From Geobacter sp. (GTDB lineage: Bacteria > Desulfobacterota > Desulfuromonadia > Geobacterales > Geobacteraceae): a DNA stretch of 64,000 bases. A program made the translations under genes and the position numbers. Under the pieces are notes generated by a model. It did not search any database. It saw nothing but the letters and a program-made list of their open reading frames with translations, and was not told the origin of the DNA. This document shows, piece after piece, positions 20,568 to 29,762 of the stretch. Each line of letters begins with the position of its first letter. The first letter of the stretch is position 1. The DNA lies in contig DNRQ01000007.1 of NCBI GenBank assembly GCA_003499925.1, positions 2,404 through 66,403 of the forward strand, written 5' to 3'.

Positions 20568-21641
20568 ATGGATAACAAAGTTTCAGGGCTCGTGGTCGTG
20601 GTGGACGATGACCCCTACGTGCTGGAAAGCGTCTCGATGCTCCTTTCGGTAAGCGGTTTCGAGGTGCACCCCTTCTCCAACGGGTTCGATGCACTGGCCG
20701 AGCTGGTCGAGCTCCCTCCTCACGTGGTGCTGACCGACGTGAACATGCCGCACATCACCGGGATCGAGCTCCTGGAAAAGATCCACGAGATCGATCGGGA
20801 CATCCCGGTGATCCTGATGACCGCCTACGCCGAGTTGGAGATGGCGGTCTCCGCCATCAAGAAGGGGGCCTTCGACTTCATCATAAAACCGTTCAAACCG
20901 CACTACCTGATCCACTCCGTCGAGAAGGGGATCAACTACAAGCGTCTGGTCCTGATCGAGAAGAACTACAAGATGGAACTCCAGCGCACGGTGGAGCTGC
21001 GCACCCGCGAGCTCGCCGACGCACTGGCCCAGATGCAGAGCATGAGCCAGGAGACCATCGAGAGGCTCACCGCCGCCGCGGAGCTCAGGGACGAGGATAC
21101 CGGCAAGCACATCGCCCGCATCGGGCTCTACGCCAAGCGGCTCGCCGAGGTGATGCAGATGCCGAGGGATTTCACGGAGACCATCGCGGTCGCCGCCGCC
21201 ATGCACGACGTCGGCAAGATCGGAATACCGGACGCCATCCTGCTCAAGTGCGGCCCGCTCAACGCGGAGGAGTTCGGGGTCATGAAGAGCCACACGGTGA
21301 TCGGCGGCAAGATCCTCTCCGGCTCGAACCACCAGGTGCTGCAGATGGCGGCATCGATCGCCCTGACCCACCACGAGCGCTGGGACGGCAGCGGCTATCC
21401 GCACGGCCTCAAGGGGGTGGAGACCCCCATGGAGGGTCGCATCGTCATGCTGGTGGACCAGTACGACGCCCTGAGGAGCAAGCGGGTCTACAAGCCCCCC
21501 TTCGACCATGGGAGGAGCGTGGAGATCATCACCCGGGGGGACGGCCGGACCATGCCGGAGCACTTCGACGCCTCGGTGCTGGAGGCCTTTCTCCAGGCGG
21601 CGCCGGATTTCGAGGAGATCTTCGCGGAGCAGCGCGATTGA
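20568..21641 (+). CDS. Response regulator with HD-GYP phosphodiesterase domain
   Basis: REC domain (VVDDD, TDVNMP, KP), [19 protein letters not shown]. Confidence 0.92.
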   Translation: MDNKVSGLVVVVDDDPYVLESVSMLLSVSGFEVHPFSNGFDALAELVELPPHVVLTDVNMPHITGIELLEKIHEIDRDIPVILMTAYAELEMAVSAIKKGAFDFIIKPFKPHYLIHSVEKGINYKRLVLIEKNYKMELQRTVELRTRELADALAQMQSMSQETIERLTAAAELRDEDTGKHIARIGLYAKRLAEVMQMPRDFTETIAVAAAMHDVGKIGIPDAILLKCGPLNAEEFGVMKSHTVIGGKILSGSNHQVLQMAASIALTHHERWDGSGYPHGLKGVETPMEGRIVMLVDQYDALRSKRVYKPPFDHGRSVEIITRGDGRTMPEHFDASVLEAFLQAAPDFEEIFAEQRD

Positions 21642-21674
21642 CGCGGACAGCAACAGCAAAAGCCAGGTAGTGCG

Positions 21675-24110
21675 ATGCCCTCCTTCAGCCTGAAAATAAA
21701 GATGACCCTGGTCGTCTTCCTCCTGATCGGCTGCGTGACCTCGGCTGTGGCAGGGCTGGGACTGCTGTTCTTCATCCAGGAGTTCAAGGCCGGCGTGGCG
21801 AGCCAGCAGTTCCCCATGGTCAGTGCCGTGAGCGGTGAGCTCGACGACAAGATCGTGGCAGCGCAGCGCGCGCTGGTCTCTGTGGCGCGCAGCATTCCGC
21901 CGCAGCTGACCCGGGACCCGGCCGCGATGCAGCGCTTCCTGGAGGGACGCTTCGACCTGCACCAGGTGTTCGGCGACGGCACCGGCTTCTTCTCCAAAAA
22001 GGGGATACTGCTCGCCTCTGCTCCGGGGCAGGAGACCCTGATCGGCAGGGACTTCTCCGCTCACGACTTCTTCAGGCGGGCCGTCGACTCCGGCAAGCCG
22101 CGCATCTCGGAGCCGTTTCGCTCCGCCAAGGGGGAAGGGCACCCGATCGTCGCCTTCACCGTTCCGCTGTTCGACGAGAACGGGAGCGTGGCAGGATTGC
22201 TGGCGGGGCGCGTCGACCTGCTGGAGGAGAATTTCCTGGGGCGGCTGGCACGGCTCAAGGTCGGGGAGACGGGAAGTTTCTTCCTCTTCAACAGCCAGAG
22301 GCAGATGATCGTGCACAGGGACCCGGAGCGGCTCCCCGCGGGGCATCTGACCCGGGGGAGAAGCGCGCTCCTGGACCGGGCACTGGCCGGCTTCGAGGGG
22401 AGCGGCGAAACGGTGAGCCCCGCCGGAGTACCTGCGCTTTGCTCCTTCAAGAGGCTCGACTCGACCGGCTGGATACTGGCGACGCAGCTTCCCTTCTCCG
22501 AGGCGTACGCGCCGATCGACCAGGCCCGGCGTCTCACCTGCTACAGCCTTGCCCTGATGATGCCGTTTGTACTTACGGCCACCTGGCTCTTCGTGGGGCA
22601 CCTCACCGAGCCGCTGCTGCTGTTCGCCAGGCGGGTGCGCGAGGTGGGGGGGGCGGGCGCGGGGTATCTGCCGATCCCGGTTACCACGAGCGACGAGATC
22701 GGGGTCCTGGCGCAGGCGTTCAACTCCATGATGCAGGAGCTGGGGAGCCAGAGGCTGCGGCTGGAAGACGAGAAAGGTTTCGCGGAGCAGCTCCTGCAGC
22801 AGACGGCGGTGCCGTGCTTCGTGATGGATGCCGGGCACCGCGTCATCATCTGGAACAGGGCCTGCGAGGAGCTTACCGGTATCCGGGCCGAGGCAGTGAT
22901 CGGAGGGGGCGAGCCGTGGCGGGCCTTCTACGACGAGCCGCGCCGGGTGCTGGCGGACGTCGTGCTGGACGGCGCTCTCCACGAGATGGCGGATCTCTAC
23001 TCCTGCTACGCGGACTCCCCGCAGATACCCGAGGGGCTCAGGGCGGAGGGGTGGTACCGGCTCCAGGGGAAGCAGCGCTACCTCTGCTTCGATGCCGCGC
23101 CGCTGCGCGACGCCGAGGGGCGGGTCATCGCGGCGATCGAGACCATGCAGGACGTCACGCTGCGCGCCCACACCGAGGAGCAGCTAAGGGGCGCGCTGGA
23201 AGGTATCCGCGAGAGCGAGGAGAGGTTCCGGCGCCTGGTCGAGCTCTCACTGGACGGCATCGCGATCCTGGTGCAGCGCCGTTTCGTCTTTATCAATCCG
23301 GCGGGGTGCGAGATGCTCGGCTGCCGGGCGCCGCAGGAGCTGATGGGGAGGCGGATGCGCGAGTTCCTGCAGCGGGAGTCGGAGGAGCTCTTCGAGGAGC
23401 AGATGGAGCATGCCGAGCAAAGCAGCAGCAGCGCCCCCTGGTTCGAGGAGCGGCTGTTGAGGAGCGACCGGACCGCGGTCGAGGTGGAGCTTGGGGTGAG
23501 CCGCTTCGTTTACCGGGGCGAGGAGGCGCTGCAGGTAATCTTCCGCGACATAACCGAGCGCAAGCTGGCCAAGGCGAGGCTGGAGAGTCTGGCCCATTAC
23601 GATTCGCTTACCTCGCTGCCGAACCGGGTCCTCTTCTTCGACCGGCTGCAGCACGCGGTCACCGAGGCGAAGCGCTACCGGCACGCCCTTGGCCTGATGT
23701 TTCTCGACCTGGACCGCTTCAAGCAGATCAACGATACCTTCGGCCACGCAGCCGGGGATGCGGTGCTGGTCGAGGCGGGGCGAAGGCTCAAGGAGTGCGT
23801 GCGCGGCTGCGACATGGTGGCGCGTATGGGAGGGGACGAGTTCACCATCATCCTCAGCAAGCTGGCGGAAGAGGCGGATGCGGCGGTGGTGGCCGAGCGG
23901 ATCATCGAGGCCTTCTCGCACCCCTTCGCCATCGATGCTGCGATCGCCTCCATAGGCGTGAGCATCGGCATCTGCGTCTATCCTACCTACGACACCGATC
24001 TGGACGGCATGGTGCGGCGCGCGGACCTCGCCCTGTACCGGGCCAAGGAGGATGGCAGGAACCGTTACTGCTTCTACACCGAAGAGCTGCAGCTAAGGGA
24101 GACGGGGTGA
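21675..24110 (+). CDS. Membrane diguanylate cyclase (Cache-like, HAMP, two PAS, GGDEF)
   Basis: Two TM segments, DEIGVLAQAFNSM, DLDRFKQINDTFGH, RGCD I-site and GGDEF. Confidence 0.92.
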   Translation: MPSFSLKIKMTLVVFLLIGCVTSAVAGLGLLFFIQEFKAGVASQQFPMVSAVSGELDDKIVAAQRALVSVARSIPPQLTRDPAAMQRFLEGRFDLHQVFGDGTGFFSKKGILLASAPGQETLIGRDFSAHDFFRRAVDSGKPRISEPFRSAKGEGHPIVAFTVPLFDENGSVAGLLAGRVDLLEENFLGRLARLKVGETGSFFLFNSQRQMIVHRDPERLPAGHLTRGRSALLDRALAGFEGSGETVSPAGVPALCSFKRLDSTGWILATQLPFSEAYAPIDQARRLTCYSLALMMPFVLTATWLFVGHLTEPLLLFARRVREVGGAGAGYLPIPVTTSDEIGVLAQAFNSMMQELGSQRLRLEDEKGFAEQLLQQTAVPCFVMDAGHRVIIWNRACEELTGIRAEAVIGGGEPWRAFYDEPRRVLADVVLDGALHEMADLYSCYADSPQIPEGLRAEGWYRLQGKQRYLCFDAAPLRDAEGRVIAAIETMQDVTLRAHTEEQLRGALEGIRESEERFRRLVELSLDGIAILVQRRFVFINPAGCEMLGCRAPQELMGRRMREFLQRESEELFEEQMEHAEQSSSSAPWFEERLLRSDRTAVEVELGVSRFVYRGEEALQVIFRDITERKLAKARLESLAHYDSLTSLPNRVLFFDRLQHAVTEAKRYRHALGLMFLDLDRFKQINDTFGHAAGDAVLVEAGRRLKECVRGCDMVARMGGDEFTIILSKLAEEADAAVVAERIIEAFSHPFAIDAAIASIGVSIGICVYPTYDTDLDGMVRRADLALYRAKEDGRNRYCFYTEELQLRETG

Positions 24111-24189
24111 GGGTGAGGGACCGGGGATGCTGGAACGTTGTCGGAAACGGCGTCCTCGGCGGAATAAAAAACTCCCTCCCCCCTGCCCC

Positions 24190-24365
24190 CACTGCCATTA
24201 AGTTAAGCTCCTACTGCTCGCTCCCCCTCCCTTGATGGGAGGGGGTGGGGGGGAGGGTGAGGCTTCTGCGAGCTTTTCACCCTCTCCCCGGCCCTCTCCC
24301 ATCAAGGGAGAGGGGGCTTGTGCAGCGTGCGGGAAATCAGCATTGATCTTAACTTAATGGCAGTG
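24190..24365. mobile_element. MITE-like element with 18-bp inverted ends, nested in another GC-rich hairpin repeat
   Basis: CACTGCCATTAAGTTAAG (24190-24207) / CTTAACTTAATGGCAGTG (24348-24365); the interior matches the interior of 44392-44552 in inverted orientation. Confidence 0.6.
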
Positions 24366-24403
24366 CCGTCAAGGGGAGGGAGGTGATGGGGTGACCGGGG
24401 GAG

Positions 24404-25408
24404 CTAGAGCCTGAGGCTCTCCACCGCAGCCTCGTCGAGGCGGTTCACGGTGGTCATCTCCAGTTCGCAGCCGTCGCGATAAACGGCGAGCTTCGCCTCG
24501 GCTCCGGCTTCGGCCTTGGCATAGCGCAGCAGGATCTGGCCGGCACGTGCGATCAGCTCGTCCGAGCTCTCGCCCATGACCGCCGCCAGCGGACTGGGGC
24601 CGCCGCTCCAGCGCAGGGTCGCCTCCCCCGGCTGGACCGCCTGCTCCAGCAGCTGGTTCTCAGCGTCGTTTCTGCCGATGATCACCTTGGTCCGCTCGCC
24701 GATCCTGAAGTGCCTCCCCAGCTTCAAAAGCCTGAAGTCCCTGAGGTTCAGCTCATCGGAGTGATCGAAGACGTCGCGCACCTTGCCGACGAAGGAGGGG
24801 TCGGTCAGCAGGCAGCCGCCGGCCGGGCAGGGATAGTTCTTCACGTCCAGCTCCGCCGCCAGCTCGAACTGTTCCTTCCTGGAGCGTCCCTGGATCGAGA
24901 GGAGTTTCTCCCGGTCCACCCACCCCTCCAGCTCGGGGATGGTCGGCTTGAAATGCTTTGCCGAGAGCGGGCGCAGCAGCAGTCCCTCCAGGCCGCTCTC
25001 CTTCTCTATCACGCGCAGCGTGTCGCGGCGCTGGCTCATCGGCCGCTGTCCCAGCACCTCGCCGGTGAAGACGAAATCGGCGCCGCTCTCCAGCATGTAC
25101 TCCTTGGCCTTTTTCAGCAGGAAGATGCGGCAGTCGATGCAGGGGTTCATCCCCTTGCCGTAGCCGTGCTTCGGGTTTCTCAAGATATCGAGGTAGTCGA
25201 GACCCTTGTTCATCACCTTGATGGGGATGTTGAACTCTTCGGCCACCCGGACCGCCTCCGACTTGCAGCCGGCGTTCTTGCCGGTGCAGGTGCAAAAGGG
25301 GGAGGTGAAGTTGAGCGCCTGGACCGTTATCCCCTGGTCGAGGAGCACCTTTACGGCTAGTGTGGAATCGAGTCCCCCCGACAAAAGGGCGATCGCTTTT
25401 CGTTGCAT
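24404..25408 (-). CDS. PP-loop tRNA sulfurtransferase-like protein (ThiI/MnmA-related)
   Basis: SGGLDS, NPCIDCR, TGEVLGQRPMSQ, PAGGCLLT; AGGAG RBS. Confidence 0.8.
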   Translation of the reverse strand: MQRKAIALLSGGLDSTLAVKVLLDQGITVQALNFTSPFCTCTGKNAGCKSEAVRVAEEFNIPIKVMNKGLDYLDILRNPKHGYGKGMNPCIDCRIFLLKKAKEYMLESGADFVFTGEVLGQRPMSQRRDTLRVIEKESGLEGLLLRPLSAKHFKPTIPELEGWVDREKLLSIQGRSRKEQFELAAELDVKNYPCPAGGCLLTDPSFVGKVRDVFDHSDELNLRDFRLLKLGRHFRIGERTKVIIGRNDAENQLLEQAVQPGEATLRWSGGPSPLAAVMGESSDELIARAGQILLRYAKAEAGAEAKLAVYRDGCELEMTTVNRLDEAAVESLRL

Positions 25409-25427
25409 GCATTCTCCTGTTTAGAAG

Positions 25428-25663
25428 CAATTGACAACTGGTGAAGCAATTGACAATTGACGATTGACGATTGACGGCTGGTTGATGCGTCGGTCCCGGG
25501 TCGGCTCGGGCGTCGCGGTTTGGCGCCGGACGATTGGGCGCCGGTCCGAACGCTAAACCTTGCCATTGTCAATTGTCCATTGTCAACTGTCAATTGAATT
25601 GCGCCGGTCCGAACGCTAAAGCTTGCCATTGTCAATTGTCCATTGTCAACTGTCAATTGAATT
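25428..25663. repeat. Heptamer (TTGTCAA-like) runs in both orientations, including a 63-bp tandem duplication
   Basis: 25538-25600 and 25601-25663 differ at one base; opposite-orientation run AATTGACAATTGACGATTGACG near 25448-25476. Confidence 0.85.
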
Positions 25664-25742
25664 TAAAGTTGTCGGTGCCGGCTTTTTCGGGTACATTTCC
25701 CGTGGTGCACGGGCCGTCTGCAAAACCTCGGAGGTGAAGTAC

Positions 25743-27401
25743 ATGAACGGGCTGGTCAAGGAAGGATCCATCGGATCGATCCTCTTCAAATCGCAGATCA
25801 TCACGGAGCATGAGCTCAGGGCGGCCCTGGAGGCGCAGAAGGTTTCGGGGTGCCGGGTCGGCGAGGCGCTGGTCCGCCTCGGTGTGGTCACCCAGGAGGA
25901 TATCGACTGGGCGCTCTCCAACCAGCTGAACATCCCCTACGTCCGCCTCAAGAAGGAGAACGTCGACCCCGCGGCTGTGGCCCTGGTTCCGGGGCAGCTC
26001 GCCAGGCGCTACAACCTGTTTCCGCTCTTTCTCTCCGGCAGCGAACTCTCGGTCGCCATGGCCGACCCGCTGAACCAGGAAGCCATCGATGCGCTGGGCA
26101 AGGCCACCGGCTGCCAGGTCTCCATCTCGGTGGGACTGATCCGGGAGATCCGGGAGATGCATGATCTGATCTACGGCCCGGACCAGAGCACCCCCGAGCT
26201 AGGCTTCAGCTCGGCAGATTTCCCCGCCAAGGTGCTTGAGGCGATCAACGCGGACCTCTCGGGCGCCACCCTTTTGAACCATCTGCTTTTGCGCATGGTG
26301 AAGCAGAAGTTCGCCAGCCTCGCGCTGCAGCCGCTGGGTGACGTCGTTTGCGTCCTGGCGCGCGCCGACGGCAGGACGGCGGAGATCGGGCGGCTCCCCG
26401 TCACCTATTACGGCGCGTTGACCGAGAGGATACGCAAACTGGCGCGGGCGGTCCCTGCCGGGGGGCTCTCCGCCAGCGGCGTGCTGACCTTTTTATGGCA
26501 GGGGAAGCGGATACCGTTCCGGACCTTGATGATCGGGGGGTGCGGCGGCGACTACGTGACCCTCAAGCGGCAGATATCCCCGCCGCGGCTCTCTGAGCTG
26601 GCGGACCTGGGGCTCCCGGCCTCCAAGGGGGCGGAGCTGCGGGCCCTGACCGGCGAACGCGAGGGGCTGATCCTCTTTTCGGGGCGGGATCCCGAGGAGA
26701 GGTCCCGGCTCATGGACCTGTTCCTGGATGCCTGTGACAGTTCCGGCAAGAACGTGCTGCTTTTGGGCGAGCGGCTGGGGCGCGGCAGCAAGCGCTTTCC
26801 CCGCCTGCCGGTTTGCCGCGACGGGGTCGACGACACCGCTTCCATCGTGTCGGCCGCCCTGGAACACGACCCGGATACCCTGGTGGTCGAGGACGTGACC
26901 GAGGTGGCCTCCTTCATCGCCGCAAGCAAGGCCGTCCTGCGCGGCAAGCTCGTGGTGGCCGGCCTTTCGCACGGCAACAAGGCGGGGGTGCTGAAGCAGC
27001 TTCTTTACCTCAGGCAGAAGAACTTCCTGATCCCGACCCATGTCAAGGGGGTGGTCTCCTGCAAGTGCGTGCTGATTCTCTGCCCGGCCTGCAAGGAGCG
27101 CTATACGCCCCCCCCCGAGGAGCTCGCGGCCCTGAGGCTCCCGATCAGCCAGAGGGAGTACTTCCGTCCCAACGGCTGCCCCGCCTGCGACCATTCCGGC
27201 TACAGCGGCACGCGCTACCTGCTCGACGTGATCCGCTTCGACAAGGTGATCCTGGAGGCGTTCGAGATGATCTGCAAGAGCACCGAGATCATCAGCTTCA
27301 TGAAAGACAACGGTTACCGCGGCATCACCGAGGAGGGGACTGAACTCCTGGAGCGGGGCGAGATCTCCCCGGGTGAGTACGTGGCTTCCATAATACTGTG
27401 A
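25743..27401 (+). CDS. PilB/GspE-family protein with MshEN-like N-terminus and degenerate ATPase motifs
   Basis: IGSILFKSQII...RVGEALVRLGVV, VAMADPL, HDPDTLVVEDV, CPAC..CPAC; GGAGGTG RBS. Confidence 0.8.
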   Translation: MNGLVKEGSIGSILFKSQIITEHELRAALEAQKVSGCRVGEALVRLGVVTQEDIDWALSNQLNIPYVRLKKENVDPAAVALVPGQLARRYNLFPLFLSGSELSVAMADPLNQEAIDALGKATGCQVSISVGLIREIREMHDLIYGPDQSTPELGFSSADFPAKVLEAINADLSGATLLNHLLLRMVKQKFASLALQPLGDVVCVLARADGRTAEIGRLPVTYYGALTERIRKLARAVPAGGLSASGVLTFLWQGKRIPFRTLMIGGCGGDYVTLKRQISPPRLSELADLGLPASKGAELRALTGEREGLILFSGRDPEERSRLMDLFLDACDSSGKNVLLLGERLGRGSKRFPRLPVCRDGVDDTASIVSAALEHDPDTLVVEDVTEVASFIAASKAVLRGKLVVAGLSHGNKAGVLKQLLYLRQKNFLIPTHVKGVVSCKCVLILCPACKERYTPPPEELAALRLPISQREYFRPNGCPACDHSGYSGTRYLLDVIRFDKVILEAFEMICKSTEIISFMKDNGYRGITEEGTELLERGEISPGEYVASIIL

Positions 27402-27413
27402 CGGAGATGAGAC

Positions 27414-28484
27414 ATGGCAAGGATTGACGCACTGTTCAAGCTGATGAGCGACCGTGGGGCTTCGGACCTGCACCTTTCCACCGGCGCGCCGCCGATATTC
27501 CGGATGCGCGGCGAGATGGAACGGCAGAATTTCAAGGTCCTGGTGCACGAGGAGCTGAAGGCGATACTTTTCGAGATACTGACGCAGAAGCAGCGCGACA
27601 TCTTCGACGAGAGGCACGATCTGGACTTCGCCTATTCGGTGCCGGGGCTGGCCCGTTTCCGCGGCAACATGATGATGCAGCACCGGGGCATTTCCGCGGT
27701 GTTCCGGATCATCCCGAGCAAGATCATGTCCGCCGACGACCTGGGACTTCCGGAAGGGGTGAGAAAGCTCACCATGATGAAGAAGGGGCTGGTACTGGTG
27801 ACGGGGCCTACCGGCAGCGGCAAGTCCACGACCCTCGCCGCGATGATAGACCTGATCAACAGCACGCGCCCGGAACATATCCTGACCCTTGAGGACCCGC
27901 TCGAGTTCATCCACGAGAACAAGATGTCGCTCTTCAACCAGCGCCAGATCGGGGAACATTCCGACAGCTTCGCCTCGGCGCTGCGTGCGGCACTGCGCGA
28001 GGATCCCGACGTGATCCTGGTGGGCGAGATGCGCGACCTGGAGACCATCGAGCTGGCCATGAGCGCCGCCGAAACCGGGCACCTCGTGTTCGGAACGCTG
28101 CACACCAGCTCCGCTGCCAAGACCGTGGACCGGATCATCGACGTCTTTCCCAAGAACTCCCAGGAGCAGGTGCGCGCCGTCCTCTCGGAGGCGCTTCGCG
28201 GCGTGATCTGCCAGCAGCTGCTGAGGACGGCGGACGGCAAGGGGAGGGTGGCGGCGCTGGAGATCATGGTGGGAACCCCCGCCATCGGCAACCTGATCCG
28301 CGAGGCCAAGACCTTCCAGATTCCCTCCATCATGCAGACCGGGAGGAAGGACGGCATGCAGCTTATGGACCAGCACATCCTCGACCTTTTGAAGACCAAG
28401 CAGGTCTCGCCCGAGGAGGCATACCGCTGCTGCAACGACAAGAGGCAGTTCGAGCAGTACCTCACGGCTGAGGACGAGGGCTAG
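27414..28484 (+). CDS. pilT: Type IV pilus retraction ATPase, PilT family
   Basis: ASDLHL, TGPTGSGKSTTLAAMID, EDPLE, LREDPDVILVGEMRD, ETGHLVFGTLHT, AIGNLIRE, GMQ. Confidence 0.93.
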   Translation: MARIDALFKLMSDRGASDLHLSTGAPPIFRMRGEMERQNFKVLVHEELKAILFEILTQKQRDIFDERHDLDFAYSVPGLARFRGNMMMQHRGISAVFRIIPSKIMSADDLGLPEGVRKLTMMKKGLVLVTGPTGSGKSTTLAAMIDLINSTRPEHILTLEDPLEFIHENKMSLFNQRQIGEHSDSFASALRAALREDPDVILVGEMRDLETIELAMSAAETGHLVFGTLHTSSAAKTVDRIIDVFPKNSQEQVRAVLSEALRGVICQQLLRTADGKGRVAALEIMVGTPAIGNLIREAKTFQIPSIMQTGRKDGMQLMDQHILDLLKTKQVSPEEAYRCCNDKRQFEQYLTAEDEG

Positions 28485-28722
28485 GGGATGCCGAAGCTGA
28501 TTACCCGTCGGGTTCGCAGCCCACGTTCCTCCCCCATCCCCGCCCCAGCCCTCCCCTTGAAGGGGAGGGGGTTTCTTCGGACGTGACATGCCCTCCTTTG
28601 GAGGGGGGTTCTTCGGACGTGACATGAAAAGGCCCTCCTTTGGAGGGCCTTTATGCGTGCTGCGTCTGCCGGAGTGCGGATCGGGGCTAATAACGAAAGG
28701 CCAGCTAACCCAGAAGGGCCAG

Positions 28723-29553
28723 CTAACCGAGAAAGGCCAGCAGTTCGCGGTTCACCTCTTCGGCGTGGGTCCAGTTCAGCCCGTGGGGAGCCCCCGCCAG
28801 CACCATCATCCGGCTTCCCTTGACCGCCTCATGGGTACGGCTTCCCGTGGCGGCAAAGGGGAGGATCTTGTCGTTGTCGCCGTGAATGACCAGGGTTGGC
28901 AACTCTATCCGGATCAGATCGTCGCGGAAATCGGTCATCCACGCCTTGACGCAGTCGAGCGTCCCCTTGGGCGAGGCCGCCGCGGCGATGTTCCAACTGA
29001 GCCGAACCACCTCGTCGCTCACCTTTTTGCCTCCGAAAGCGTGCAGGTTGTAGAAGTTCGACAGAAAGCTGGTGAGAAATGCCGGCCGATCCGCGGTTAT
29101 CGCCTGCCTGATCCCCTCAAAGATGCTCCCCTCCACCCCCGCCGGGTTGTCCGCGCTCTTCAACAGATAAGGTGTGATCGCAGCCATGAAGACCGCTTTT
29201 TCCACGCGCTCGGTTCCGTAGCGCCCGAGGTAGCGGGCCACCTCGCCCCCTCCCATGGAGAAACCGACCAGGGTCGCGTCACGCAGATGCAGCTTGGTCA
29301 TGAGCTTGTGCAGATCATCGGCGAGGGTGTCGTAATCGTACCCCGTATAGGGTCTGCTGGAGTTGCCGAAACCTCTGCGGTCGTAGGTGATGACCCGATA
29401 CCCGGCGTGAAGCAGAGCGGGCACCTGCTTTTCCCACGATGCGGAGCTGAGCGGCCAGCCGTGAATCAGCACAACCGGCTTGCCGGTACCGTGATCCTCG
29501 TAGTAGATATTGATGTCACATGAGTTTTCCTTTCCGACGTTGATGTAATTCAT
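28723..29553 (-). CDS. Alpha/beta hydrolase (non-heme haloperoxidase/arylesterase family)
   Basis: LIHGWPL, YDRRGFG, GFSMGG, HGDND, GAPHG. Confidence 0.92.
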   Translation of the reverse strand: MNYINVGKENSCDINIYYEDHGTGKPVVLIHGWPLSSASWEKQVPALLHAGYRVITYDRRGFGNSSRPYTGYDYDTLADDLHKLMTKLHLRDATLVGFSMGGGEVARYLGRYGTERVEKAVFMAAITPYLLKSADNPAGVEGSIFEGIRQAITADRPAFLTSFLSNFYNLHAFGGKKVSDEVVRLSWNIAAAASPKGTLDCVKAWMTDFRDDLIRIELPTLVIHGDNDKILPFAATGSRTHEAVKGSRMMVLAGAPHGLNWTHAEEVNRELLAFLG

Positions 29554-29762
29554 CGAGAATCTCCTTTTGCCTGGAGGGGTCTGCCGTTAAGACGAGCGCA
29601 GTTAATCAGATACAACATTTTCATGGCAAGTCAATGCGGGCGCAGGAGCGGAAGTTCAATCGGACCACGAGGAGAAATTTTGTTGCCGACTGCGCCGAAG
29701 CGTTGTATGTAGGAGACGCGCGCATAGAGGCGCGGGCAATGGGGCTTTACAGAGGAGGCACC

